DNA from: Bacteroidota bacterium
Lineage (GTDB): Bacteria; Bacteroidota; Ignavibacteria; Kapaibacteriales; Kapaibacteriaceae
Reading direction: 5' to 3'
Assembly: GCA_018266735.1 (NCBI GenBank)
Contig: JAFDZT010000002.1
Span: 172,439-236,438, forward strand
DNA: 64,000 bases
Numbering within the stretch: the first letter of the stretch is position 1; every line of letters begins with the position of its first letter. Position numbers and translations under genes: made by a program. This document shows positions 32,432-41,024 of the stretch, one piece after another. The notes beneath the pieces were generated by a model that was not told the origin of the DNA, made no database searches, and worked only from the letters and a program-made list of their open reading frames with translations.

Positions 32432-34609
32432 TCATGGGAGGTTGAACCATGGAACAACCATGTCGTGATCGTCGATCGTGAGCACCACCCATCCATAGAA
32501 CGTCGAGGCATCGCAGAAGAGATCGGAGATGTGTAGTTCACACGGCGTGTTCGTCATGATGCACTGCGGATACTGTCGGCCTCCGACATCAAATGCACGT
32601 ACCGTCACTTGTCGGGACGACGTTCCATCCAGAACAAGACTTCTCCCCCGTCGTTGCATCAGTGTTCCGGCGGACGGGTCGAACAAGCGTGGCCCGGCCT
32701 CCATGCAAACATCGAGTGAGCAGATCCCGAACCTGCCAAGGCGAGGGATCACACGAGCATCGTCGACGGTGAACGAGTCGATCGTGATCATGCTTCGTTC
32801 GTCATCACCCAAGGTGACCATCATTGGAATGCGAAGCACCGTGTCAGTCAATCCTGCGTACGTCGGCATCTGCATCCACATCCATCGCCATGCGCGCGAT
32901 AGCTGCGAACCGGTCGATGCGTCGCGCTGCGGGACCAAGACCGACGCTCGGGTCATCAATCGAAATCGAATGGTCGCCGGATAGCGGATGCTGTCGCGTG
33001 TGGACACATGGATGACCACATCGACGCTGTCGCCCGGACGTCCACGCACATCGTCGATGCGAAACCCCACATCACTGGTGGGCTCTGCACACGATGTGGT
33101 ATCCACTCGCATCGTATCCCGAAACACGCAACCGTCGTTGGTCATGATGGCACAGATCACCTGATTGCGCTTCTTCGTTGGCGTCACCTCGATCTCGGGT
33201 GCATTCAACGGTTGGAGTGCATCGTTCACCCACCAGTCATACTGTGCACCGCCCATTGCACGCACAAGGGCTTTTGACCTTCCGCAAACGGTTGTGTCGG
33301 GGGTGACGATGCGCGGGACGACAAAGGTCGACGTCGACATTGGCAGATCCGACATTTGCAACCGGACCCCATCCGTTCCAGAGCTCGCACCATGACGTAC
33401 ATCGCTCGAACACGTGACATCTCGAGCCATTCCGGCAGATCCGCCAAGGACCGATGCGGCAACGGGGATCGACGTGATCACACGTCCACCTCCCCCTCCA
33501 CCACCCGGAGCATAACAACCGTTCGTTCCGTTGTTCTCGCCGCCATCTCCACCATCGACAACACATTGCGCTGTGCCCACGATCGTTGATGCGAAGAAAG
33601 CGATCGAACCGCCGGCTCCACCGCCACCGGCTCCATCCTCCAGTGCGTTGCGGGCCGTTGCGCCGCGAGCGTCAAGTACGACACCGCTGTCGACGATCAC
33701 AACCGAGGCGATGACGACGATGATGCCACCACCGGCCGCACCTGCCGATCCTTTGAAGTCGTTCTGATGTCCTCCCCCTCCGCCACCTCCAAGGAAGAGT
33801 CGATGTGGGTCGTTCGTTGCCAAAGCATACCCACCACGTCCACGCACGTCGGTGGGGAACAAGGTCGACGGCTGTGTCCCGCCCATGCCGCCTTCTCCAC
33901 CGTTCCCGCCTCCTCCACCTCCTCCGTTCCGTGCATTGCCTCCACCACCGCCGCTCGACCATGGTGAGCGCCCAGCTCCAAGTGCTCGCACTGCCGCCGC
34001 ACTTCCCTCTCCCTTGCGTCCACCGAGACCTGCGTCATCGCGAGTTGCCCAACTCGTCTCGGCCGTGTCCAGCGTGTTGAGACTCACGGCACCGCCGCGA
34101 TATCCCATCCCGCCTGCGTCCAATGATGCGTGGAGACGCAGGGTGTCGGTACATTCGATGGCGATCACGCCACCGGAGGTTCCATTCCATGCTTGTGCCG
34201 TCACAAGGCCGGTCACGTCCGCCGACGTTGATCGCGCCACCTTGATCAGTTGCACGCCGTCTGTTGTGGAGTATCGATGGATCGGGCGATGCGTCAATCG
34301 GACCGTGCCGCCCATTACCGTATCGACGGTACACAACTCCCAAAGACCTGCGTTGGCAACATCGTTGATCGCTCCCGTGCGATCTGTGCGTGACGTGTCG
34401 ACATGCACCCCTTTCATTTGCAACAGCATGATACGATCGCCCTTCTTCAACCAAGCCACGGGCGTGATGCGCACAGTGTTGCGGCAGGTATCGAACGAGC
34501 TCACGGCCGCATACTGATTGATGCGACCACGGAGGTCGGTGGCCTGCGCATCGGCAATGCCGGCAAGCATGATGAAGCCGAGCAAAAGGATGGTCGATGT
34601 TGTTCTCAT
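32432..34609 (-). CDS. Secreted glycine-rich repeat protein of about 725 aa (operon gene 4). Start MRTTSTILLLGFIMLAGIADAQA.
   Basis: Signal peptide. Long G-runs (GGGGGNARNGGGGGGGNGGEGG, GGGGGGGHQNDFKGSAGAAGGG, GGGGGGGR) interspersed with beta-strand-like segments. The C-terminal 60 aa were considered as a T9SS CTD but are not convincing. Confidence 0.5.
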   Translation of the reverse strand: MRTTSTILLLGFIMLAGIADAQATDLRGRINQYAAVSSFDTCRNTVRITPVAWLKKGDRIMLLQMKGVHVDTSRTDRTGAINDVANAGLWELCTVDTVMGGTVRLTHRPIHRYSTTDGVQLIKVARSTSADVTGLVTAQAWNGTSGGVIAIECTDTLRLHASLDAGGMGYRGGAVSLNTLDTAETSWATRDDAGLGGRKGEGSAAAVRALGAGRSPWSSGGGGGNARNGGGGGGGNGGEGGMGGTQPSTLFPTDVRGRGGYALATNDPHRLFLGGGGGGGHQNDFKGSAGAAGGGIIVVIASVVIVDSGVVLDARGATARNALEDGAGGGGAGGSIAFFASTIVGTAQCVVDGGDGGENNGTNGCYAPGGGGGGGRVITSIPVAASVLGGSAGMARDVTCSSDVRHGASSGTDGVRLQMSDLPMSTSTFVVPRIVTPDTTVCGRSKALVRAMGGAQYDWWVNDALQPLNAPEIEVTPTKKRNQVICAIMTNDGCVFRDTMRVDTTSCAEPTSDVGFRIDDVRGRPGDSVDVVIHVSTRDSIRYPATIRFRLMTRASVLVPQRDASTGSQLSRAWRWMWMQMPTYAGLTDTVLRIPMMVTLGDDERSMITIDSFTVDDARVIPRLGRFGICSLDVCMEAGPRLFDPSAGTLMQRRGRSLVLDGTSSRQVTVRAFDVGGRQYPQCIMTNTPCELHISDLFCDASTFYGWVVLTIDDHDMVVPWFNLP

Positions 34610-36009
34610 AGTTGCTGTGCCACAATGATCCATCGTTGCCACGATGCATCGTACCAAAGAAGAAAAGTTCCATCATTCACAGTGGTCACATCGTCACCGG
34701 TCATCGACGTGATCCGATTGATGGCCTGTGATCCGATACCCTCGTGCACGAGCGTGAGGGGAGCACCGCGATTCACGATGAGGAGCACCTTTCCGTCTTC
34801 CCCGCCACTGAATCCCGTGATCACCGACCCCGGTGCGGTGCTCCATACTCTGATCACGCTGTAGGTACCGATATCCACGTTGTGATGCATACCGGCAACG
34901 AGATCGGGAAGAGTGCTCCCACGCATCGAGAAATTGCGTGTCGACATTCCTCCCGACGTGCGTGCATGATGCATGTACGTCGTGGACGTATTGGAAACTC
35001 CAAGAGCATTCATCATGGTGGTCGACAGTCCGGGCGGACGTTCATCGTCGCTGCATCCAAGGACCACCGAAGCACCTCCACTCACGACCAGCCCGAAGCT
35101 GTTGGGAAGCGATGGTGCGACGAGATGCGCAGCGATCGCTCCGTAGTTGCCGGTAGCCGACGTTGTCACTTCACCATGCAAGGCTTCGACCAATCCCGCT
35201 TGCGCTGTGGCCGTCGCCTCCGCGATGGCCTTCACGGCCATGCTCTGTGTTTGCGATCCGCCGTTGCCACCACGCGTCACGGTGCCAAGCACTCCAACGA
35301 TATCGTCGGAAGCGGCGGCGCTGTTCGACGCAGCATGCCCTCGCACACCAACACGGGCTCGAAGCGGCGGGTCGGCATAGGCCGATGATTGCGAGCTACC
35401 GACCAGAGCGGCGCCCAACATGTTGGTCCGAAAGAATCCACCAACATTGTCGCTTCCCGACGTGGTCACATCGATCCCGCGGGACGGCGGAACGGTCCCG
35501 CCAATATCAAGCGCTGTAGCGGTTCCTGCTGACAGTGCGTTGTATCGGATCCCCGTTCCGCCCGTGATGTCGATCCCGGTTCCTAGCGTCGGACGCTGAG
35601 CGTCGGGAGGACCGCCCAAGCGTAGGCCGGTACCGGAGCCGTTCGACGCCGACTGGATGACAATTCCCGCGTTCTCTGTGCCACTCATTCCAATGTTCTT
35701 CACCACGATGCCATTGGATGCCTGTGTGCCGATCATGTCGACCACCAGTCCGTTGCCATTCCCCGCATCGATCGAGGCAATGCGCATGCGCTCGTTGAGT
35801 GCAGCTCCTACGCCACTCCCAACCCCAAGTCGGAGTGGCAACTGCACATCACCGGCCGTACTCAACTGCATGGCCACTACTTGCGGATCTGCACCGACAA
35901 GGAACTGCATCGGTTGCCGCGACCGCAGTGCGCGGGCTCCGAACGACTGTCCACTTGTCTGCACCACGCAACACACGATGGCGATATGTGCGACACACCA
36001 CTTCATCAC
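34606..36009 (-). CDS. Secreted Gly/Thr/Ala-rich repeat protein of 467 aa (operon gene 3), fibre or adhesin-like.
   Basis: Signal peptide MKWCVAHIAIVCCVVQTSGQS. Repeated G-x-G-I motifs (NGLVVDMIGT, NGIVVKNIGMSG, NAGIVIQSASNGSGTG, GTGIDITGGTGIRY, ALDIGGT). C-terminal W-containing tail (…LLWYDASWQRWIIV). Confidence 0.5.
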   Translation of the reverse strand: MMKWCVAHIAIVCCVVQTSGQSFGARALRSRQPMQFLVGADPQVVAMQLSTAGDVQLPLRLGVGSGVGAALNERMRIASIDAGNGNGLVVDMIGTQASNGIVVKNIGMSGTENAGIVIQSASNGSGTGLRLGGPPDAQRPTLGTGIDITGGTGIRYNALSAGTATALDIGGTVPPSRGIDVTTSGSDNVGGFFRTNMLGAALVGSSQSSAYADPPLRARVGVRGHAASNSAAASDDIVGVLGTVTRGGNGGSQTQSMAVKAIAEATATAQAGLVEALHGEVTTSATGNYGAIAAHLVAPSLPNSFGLVVSGGASVVLGCSDDERPPGLSTTMMNALGVSNTSTTYMHHARTSGGMSTRNFSMRGSTLPDLVAGMHHNVDIGTYSVIRVWSTAPGSVITGFSGGEDGKVLLIVNRGAPLTLVHEGIGSQAINRITSMTGDDVTTVNDGTFLLWYDASWQRWIIVAQQL

Positions 36010-36908
36010 ATGCCCATGACGATCCAGAGCAAGCGCTCTGTTGGTCCCAACGTCGTTGATGTCTCGACCGTGATCGTGTTGGCTGTTTCATCGATAGCGG
36101 TGACGCTGGCACTGATCGTTGTGCCGGGCGCATTCATCACCGTCACGAGCACCACATCGCCAAGCTTGACATCATACGGTGTGGTGTTGATCACATGAAT
36201 GTGCTCACCGGTCACCGGTGTATAGCGCCCCTTCCCAATGGCATTCGTTGGCGACGTCCACGACATCACGCCGCCGGTGGTGGCCGTCATCACTTGTCCG
36301 TCGGCCGATGGAGGTGTTGCCGGCAAGGTATAGGTGATGTCTGCAGCTTGTGCTTGTGCCTTGAAGGACGTCGTGTTCGATCCGTCCGCCGTCGGCTCCT
36401 GGAACTTCAATAGCGATGCGCTACCGTAATTCGACAGCAGCACATCTCCCTGCACATCAAGGCTGGCCTTCGGTGTTGCCGTTCCAATACCCACGTATCC
36501 CTGCGTGGGTCCGGCCGTGCCCACAATGCGCAAACGCTCACCTGCATTCGCCGCAAGCACAAGGTCCTGCGAATTGCTCGTACCGATGTACTGCTGACCC
36601 ACGCCCGTTCCACCCGTGGTGATCGATGAACCCGAGAGTGACCAGTACGGCATGCTCGTCCAGCCAAGCGTTGCCGTGGTACCGCTCACGCTGGAAACCG
36701 TGAGAGCTTCTCCCTGTGCACCGATGGTGGCAGGAAGCTCCATCTTGTAGCCCGTGACACCGGTGGTCGGAAGTGTCAGCGACACCGTGGCCGGCTGTCC
36801 GTTGCGCAAGTTCAAGGTGCCCGTCGTGGTGGACTGAGCTTTCGACAGAACGACAGCACTTGCCGTCAAGATCAACACTGTCCATGTTGTTCGCATGATC
36901 CTCTTCAT
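36006..36908 (-). CDS. Secreted tail-fibre-like repeat protein of 300 aa (operon gene 2).
   Basis: Signal peptide MKRIMRTTWTVLILTASAVVLSKAQS. The motif block WSLSGSSITTGGTGVGQQYIGTSNSQDLVLAANAGERLRIVGTAGPTQGYVGIGTATPKASLDVQGDV ... ITYTLPATPPSADGQVMTATTGGVMSW matches, from memory, the recurrent '…N.GIGT..P...L.V.G … LP…G..GQVL.T.G.G.LSW' repeat of Bacteroidota/phage tail-fibre-domain proteins. Its C-terminal PTERLLW motif is shared with gene 1. Confidence 0.5.
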   Translation of the reverse strand: MKRIMRTTWTVLILTASAVVLSKAQSTTTGTLNLRNGQPATVSLTLPTTGVTGYKMELPATIGAQGEALTVSSVSGTTATLGWTSMPYWSLSGSSITTGGTGVGQQYIGTSNSQDLVLAANAGERLRIVGTAGPTQGYVGIGTATPKASLDVQGDVLLSNYGSASLLKFQEPTADGSNTTSFKAQAQAADITYTLPATPPSADGQVMTATTGGVMSWTSPTNAIGKGRYTPVTGEHIHVINTTPYDVKLGDVVLVTVMNAPGTTISASVTAIDETANTITVETSTTLGPTERLLWIVMGM

Positions 36909-36952
36909 AGGATCTCCTCCATGTAAACCGTGAAAGAATGAAAGTGAGTCTC

Positions 36953-37708
36953 CTACTCTGATAGCAGGAACCAATGGATTCGTTCTGTGGGAAGTAGGAT
37001 GGCTGCCGTTGTGATCGTGAACGTGCCTGCCATCTCGTCGATCTTCGAAACGCAACACCCGATGCTCTCACCGCTTTGCGAGATCACCACTGCCGTGATG
37101 CGCGAGCGAAGCGTTAACGGCGCCGGTGCTGCTACTGTAAAGGTGCTCGAACGACCGTCAGGTGTGACAACACCATTGATCAAGGGTCGTGAAGGCGGCG
37201 TGGCCGAAATGGTGAGTGTGTTGCCGTTCTTCGTGATGCGTGTGTTCTCATCACCTACCAAGCGAACATTTCCTGCCACCTCGTTCACGCTCGTGACCAC
37301 ACCCGACACTTCTCGGTCAAGAGCTGTGGCCGTTGCAGCATGCTCGGCATTGAGTGCATACGGCACGCTCGTGAGTGCAGTGCGTGGGAACATCTCTTCG
37401 TCATCGTCGACGAGGATGCCCAGGTAGACCGTTCCCTCGGCCAACAGCTCCATGGGAAGTCCGTGCTGTTCACCAAGACTGAGTGCTACCACGCCATCAA
37501 TGAAGTCGGCATCGTACGATTCCTCAAAGCGCACCTCCGTAGCAGCGACCCCGTCGTACCACCGCACTGTCACGCGATGTGACCCTTGCAACGGCGCACC
37601 ATTGCGCGTTGCCATCGCCTGATAGCTGATCGTGTGTGGGAGTTGTGCCACGGCCCCGCTCGATGCCATGAGCATCAGTAGTCCAACCATGGTCTGCTTC
37701 ATCATCAT
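36953..37708 (-). CDS. Secreted tail-fibre-like protein of about 251 aa (operon gene 1). Start MMMKQTMVGLLMLMASSGAVAQ.
   Basis: Signal peptide. The N-terminal mature sequence LPHTISYQAMATRNGAPLQGSHRVTVRWYDG resembles, from memory, the 'IP..I.YQG.L.D.NG.P..G.......YD' N-terminus common to Bacteroidota fibre-like proteins. The C-terminal motif CCVSKIDEMAGTFTITTAAILLPTERIHWF parallels that of gene 2. Confidence 0.5.
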   Translation of the reverse strand: MMMKQTMVGLLMLMASSGAVAQLPHTISYQAMATRNGAPLQGSHRVTVRWYDGVAATEVRFEESYDADFIDGVVALSLGEQHGLPMELLAEGTVYLGILVDDDEEMFPRTALTSVPYALNAEHAATATALDREVSGVVTSVNEVAGNVRLVGDENTRITKNGNTLTISATPPSRPLINGVVTPDGRSSTFTVAAPAPLTLRSRITAVVISQSGESIGCCVSKIDEMAGTFTITTAAILLPTERIHWFLLSE

Positions 37709-37795
37709 CGTCCGCCTCCTGCATGCGTGTACCCCCCTACGGGACCCGCATCCATCCGAACGTGACACTCTGCACTAGATATTTCTCATCGCACT

Positions 37796-37890
37796 CACCA
37801 CTTGTCACTCGTCACTTGTCACTTGTCACTTCTTTTGTACTTCTCATTTACTTCTCTCTTACTTCTCTTTTACTTCTCTTTTACTTCTCC
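37796..37890. repeat. Short tandem repeat tract. (TCACTYG)4-5, i.e. GTGACAA heptamers on the minus strand, is followed by four copies of about 11 nt TTACTTCTCT(T)(T), i.e. AGAGAAGTAAA on the minus strand. The tract is AT-rich.
   Basis: Seen directly: cacttgtcactcgtcacttgtcacttgtcact + tacttctcatttacttctctcttacttctcttttacttctcttttacttctcc. It encodes the C-terminal …REVKEK tail of ORF 37859..38185 and lies about 90-180 nt upstream of the secreted-fibre operon start at 37708. Confidence 0.8.
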
Positions 37891-38185
37891 ACCATAGTAT
37901 CAAACTCCACACCGCACAGATCACCAATCCACCTGTTTCCCGTTCCACCTCGCCATCCCACCACCGTCCTGTTGTTTGTGTATACGACACGATGGCCCAG
38001 CTCAAGAATGCAATGGCCGTGATGAGCGTGCTCGTTGCCGGGACCGGTCGACGGAACGCATGGAGATACGACAACAGCGCCACCAAACCATAGGCGGGTA
38101 TCCAGATGTACGGATCGGGATCGTTGTACTGGAGCGTAGCGAAGGCAACGAAGATGGTGGCCATCGCAAAGGAGACGTAGCGCAT
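37859..38185 (-). CDS. Hypothetical small membrane protein of 108 aa (3-4 transmembrane helices). Its 3' end runs into the tandem-repeat tract.
   Basis: Hydrophobic helices (FAMATIFVAFATLQY, YGLVALLSYLHAF, LITAIAFLSWAIVSY, GLVICAVWSLILWW). Divergent from the aldo/keto reductase gene. Confidence 0.4.
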   Translation of the reverse strand: MRYVSFAMATIFVAFATLQYNDPDPYIWIPAYGLVALLSYLHAFRRPVPATSTLITAIAFLSWAIVSYTQTTGRWWDGEVERETGGLVICAVWSLILWWRSKREVKEK

Positions 38186-38203
38186 GTGTTCGCCAAGTGT
38201 ATG

Positions 38204-38227
38204 GTAGATTCGCCGAGGCGAATCTAC
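38204..38227. promoter_or_regulatory. Near-perfect 24-bp palindrome GTAGATTCGCC-GA-GGCGAATCTAC, 14 nt upstream of the aldo/keto reductase ATG. It lies in the divergent intergenic region and is a candidate operator or 5'-UTR hairpin.
   Basis: 11-bp inverted arms with a 2-nt centre, seen directly in the sequence. Confidence 0.4.
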
Positions 38228-38240
38228 TCACGAGGTACAG

Positions 38241-39263
38241 ATGCGATATCAACTTTTTGGACGAAGTGGCCTTCGTGTTTCGGAATTGGCACTCGGAACC
38301 ATGACCTTTGGAACGGAATGGGGCTACGGGGCCGATCTCGAAACGTCGCGTGCGATCTTCGATCGGTTCGCCGAGGCCGGCGGCACCTTCATCGATACGG
38401 CCAATCGCTACACGGAAGGCACGAGCGAGATCTATGTGGGCGATTGCATTGCCTCGGATCGGGACCATTTCGTGGTGGCAACGAAGTATTCGTTGCAAAC
38501 GCGGTTGGGCGACCTGAACGCGGCAGGCAATCACAAGAAGAACATGGTGCGCAGTGTCGAGGCATCGTTACGTCGGTTGAAGACGGACTACATTGATGTG
38601 TACTGGTTGCATGCATGGGACTTCACCACACCGGAAGAGGAAGTGATGCGTGCCCTTGATGATCTTGTGCGCAGTGGCAAGATCCTGCACATCGGTGTGA
38701 GCGACACGCCGGCCTGGATCGTTGCGAAGAGCAATACGTTGGCTGACCTACGCGGATGGTCGCAGTACGTTGGGTTGCAAATCGAATACTCTCTCGTGCG
38801 ACGTGATGCGGAACGCGAACTTCTGCCGATGGCCGCTGCCTATGGCATGGCGGTGGCGCCGTGGTCTCCGCTTGGTGCGGGCGTCTTGAGCGGCAAGTAT
38901 CTCACGTCGACGTCGGTGGCCGGCGCGCGACTGAAACCCGAGTCGCTTCGTCTCAGCGGATCCAACCTTGCCATTGCCACTGAAGTGGCCGCTATTGCAT
39001 CCGAAATCGGTTGCACATCTCCGCAGGTCGCTCTCGCTTGGATCCGTCAAAAGCAACCCGGCGCCATTCCGATCCTTGGAGTTCGTTCCGTTGCACAACT
39101 GGAAGACAACCTCCAATGCCTTGATGTGGTGCTCTCTGCAACGCAGATGGAGCGATTGAACTCCGTTTCGGCCATTGTACTCGGCTTCCCGCACGACATG
39201 CTGGCGGCAGAGAACATTCAGAACATGCTATTTTCATCCATGTCCGCCGAATTGCGTCGATAA
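38241..39263 (+). CDS. Aldo/keto reductase family oxidoreductase of 340 aa.
   Basis: MRYQLFGRSGLRVSELALGTMTFG..., the AKR catalytic tetrad context (D..Y..K..H), and LHIGVSD. Confidence 0.85.
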   Translation: MRYQLFGRSGLRVSELALGTMTFGTEWGYGADLETSRAIFDRFAEAGGTFIDTANRYTEGTSEIYVGDCIASDRDHFVVATKYSLQTRLGDLNAAGNHKKNMVRSVEASLRRLKTDYIDVYWLHAWDFTTPEEEVMRALDDLVRSGKILHIGVSDTPAWIVAKSNTLADLRGWSQYVGLQIEYSLVRRDAERELLPMAAAYGMAVAPWSPLGAGVLSGKYLTSTSVAGARLKPESLRLSGSNLAIATEVAAIASEIGCTSPQVALAWIRQKQPGAIPILGVRSVAQLEDNLQCLDVVLSATQMERLNSVSAIVLGFPHDMLAAENIQNMLFSSMSAELRR

Positions 39264-39286
39264 CATTCTGTTCGCTTTAGAGCCAC

Positions 39287-40735
39287 ATGCATCGATTCCG
39301 TACTGCTGTTCTTGCCTGTACCCTCGTCCTTTCCACCCTGTCACTTCAGGCGCAGATCAATGAAGATTCGCTCCGCGCACAGGTGAACCGGATCGTCACG
39401 CCCTACGTCAACAAGCACAACGCCGGTGTTGTGGTAGGAGTGGTGCACGAAGAGAACGTTGGTGTGCCGAAGCGATCCTACTACACGTACGGAAAGACGC
39501 GGCATGCGGCGGATGCACCACGTCCGGACACACTGTCGCTCTACCATATCGGATCCGTGACAAAGACCTTTACGGCCCTTGTCCTTGCGAAGCTGATCCA
39601 GCCCGGTCAGTCCCTGCACCTCGAAGACACGTTGAATGGCCTCGTGCCCAACGGTGTACAAGCACATGGATCTTCCGTTGGTTCGATCTGGATCCCGATC
39701 CGACTCATCGATCTTGCCACACATACATCAAGCTTCCCCGAGAACTATCCGCAAGGTGCCCGCGATTCTCTCACCTACGAAGAGATGTATACGAAGGTGA
39801 ACAACTTCGATCTTCCGCGCGCACCAGGAACGTGTTACGAGTATTCGAACCTTGGTGTGTCCATGCTCGGTGTTGCACTCACCCACCACTTGGAGACCAA
39901 CGTCGCCACGATGCTCACGAACCAAGTGTGCGATGTGATCGGCATGCCCGACACCCGCATCGATCTGAATGAGGAACAACTCTCCCGTCGCGTGATCCCC
40001 TACGTTGGCAATGATTCCGTGAGTTTCCACAAGCCAACGTGGCCTGCGTTCTATGCGGCCGGTGGGTTGTATTCATCGATCGCCGACATGACGAAGTACC
40101 TCGAGTTCATGATGGGCTTCCGCCCGGAGATCATGCCCGGCGCGCTTGATTCCGTACGCATCATGCGTCGTCAGAACAACGATAAGTGCTTGCAACCGGC
40201 ATCGATCGACAGTGTCGGACTCGTATGGCAACAAGGCTCACTGCATGCCGCCGAAGATCCGTCGTTCCGCACCACATGGAAAGATGGTGCCGTTGTTGGT
40301 TCGGTGAGCTTCATTGCCTTTGCCTCACACCCTCAGACCGGGAAACGCACCGGCGTGGTGATCATGGCGAATGATACGGCAAGCCTTCAGCCGTTGGCGA
40401 ACGAGATCCTTCGATATCTCAATGGCTTTGCGGTGACGACATCGGTTGCAGGGAATGCCGACGCGACATCGAACGATGCACTCGCCTGTACGGCCTATCC
40501 GAATCCGATCTCGAATACGGCAACGCTCGTCGTGAATGTCGGCACTCCCAAGGTCGTTCGTCTTCGCATCTTCGATGAGCATGGCTCGCTTGTCGCAACG
40601 CTGCACGATGGTGCACTTGACGCGGGCTCGCATCGCTTCACGTGGGATGCTCGCACACATGCAAGTGGCGCGTATACGTGCACGATGGAGTCGGGTGCAG
40701 ATCGAACAACCGTCCCCCTGCGCGTGCTCCGATAA
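39287..40735 (+). CDS. Secreted serine hydrolase (class C beta-lactamase / PBP-like fold) with a C-terminal T9SS type-A sorting domain.
   Basis: Signal peptide. The S-x-x-K motif GSVTKTF, a YxN-like motif and a KTG-like motif. The C-terminal about 80 aa (CTAYPNPISNTATLVVNVGTPKVVRLRIFDEHGSLVATLHDGALDAGSHRFTWDA...YTCTMESGADRTTVPLRVLR) has the Por_Secre_tail pattern. Confidence 0.75.
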   Translation: MHRFRTAVLACTLVLSTLSLQAQINEDSLRAQVNRIVTPYVNKHNAGVVVGVVHEENVGVPKRSYYTYGKTRHAADAPRPDTLSLYHIGSVTKTFTALVLAKLIQPGQSLHLEDTLNGLVPNGVQAHGSSVGSIWIPIRLIDLATHTSSFPENYPQGARDSLTYEEMYTKVNNFDLPRAPGTCYEYSNLGVSMLGVALTHHLETNVATMLTNQVCDVIGMPDTRIDLNEEQLSRRVIPYVGNDSVSFHKPTWPAFYAAGGLYSSIADMTKYLEFMMGFRPEIMPGALDSVRIMRRQNNDKCLQPASIDSVGLVWQQGSLHAAEDPSFRTTWKDGAVVGSVSFIAFASHPQTGKRTGVVIMANDTASLQPLANEILRYLNGFAVTTSVAGNADATSNDALACTAYPNPISNTATLVVNVGTPKVVRLRIFDEHGSLVATLHDGALDAGSHRFTWDARTHASGAYTCTMESGADRTTVPLRVLR

Positions 40736-40745
40736 CAACACTGTC

Positions 40746-41024
40746 TCAGATCAACGCCATTACCAGAAAAACGAGTCCCATACTTCCAACGATCCGATGA
40801 CGGAGAAGGCGCGAGGGACAGAATGGCATGGCGGCAAGGCAGCACAACGTTCCTGCCAAGTACCACGATGGTGTTGTGACCGTGGCCAGGAGCGATGTTG
40901 CGCACGTAGTGAAGAAGGCCACGTGATGGAGTCGACCGAATCGACGAGATGTGGTCGCGGCAAGGATGCCAAGCGACATCGTCGCCGCATAGATGACCGT
41001 GGCGATCGGTACGAACACCGTCAT
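40746..41024 (-). CDS. Candidate small membrane protein of 92 aa (3 transmembrane helices), 4-nt overlap with the upstream gene.
   Basis: Hydrophobic segments. ATGA coupling to 41021..41641. No family recognised. Confidence 0.35.
   Translation of the reverse strand: MTVFVPIATVIYAATMSLGILAATTSRRFGRLHHVAFFTTCATSLLATVTTPSWYLAGTLCCLAAMPFCPSRLLRHRIVGSMGLVFLVMALI

Noticed and set aside
32432-32700. Possible T9SS C-terminal sorting domain at the end of the 725-aa glycine-rich protein (…VTVRAFDVGGRQ…YGWVVLTIDD…).
   Set aside because: Only loose resemblance to the Por_Secre_tail pattern, and it lacks the typical terminal strand ending in a basic or hydrophobic motif. Left as uncertain rather than called.
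37881-38596. ORFs 37881..38534 (minus) and 37976..38596 (plus) overlapping the aldo/keto reductase 5' region.
   Set aside because: They conflict with the well-supported AKR gene and the small membrane gene. Arg/His-rich composition.
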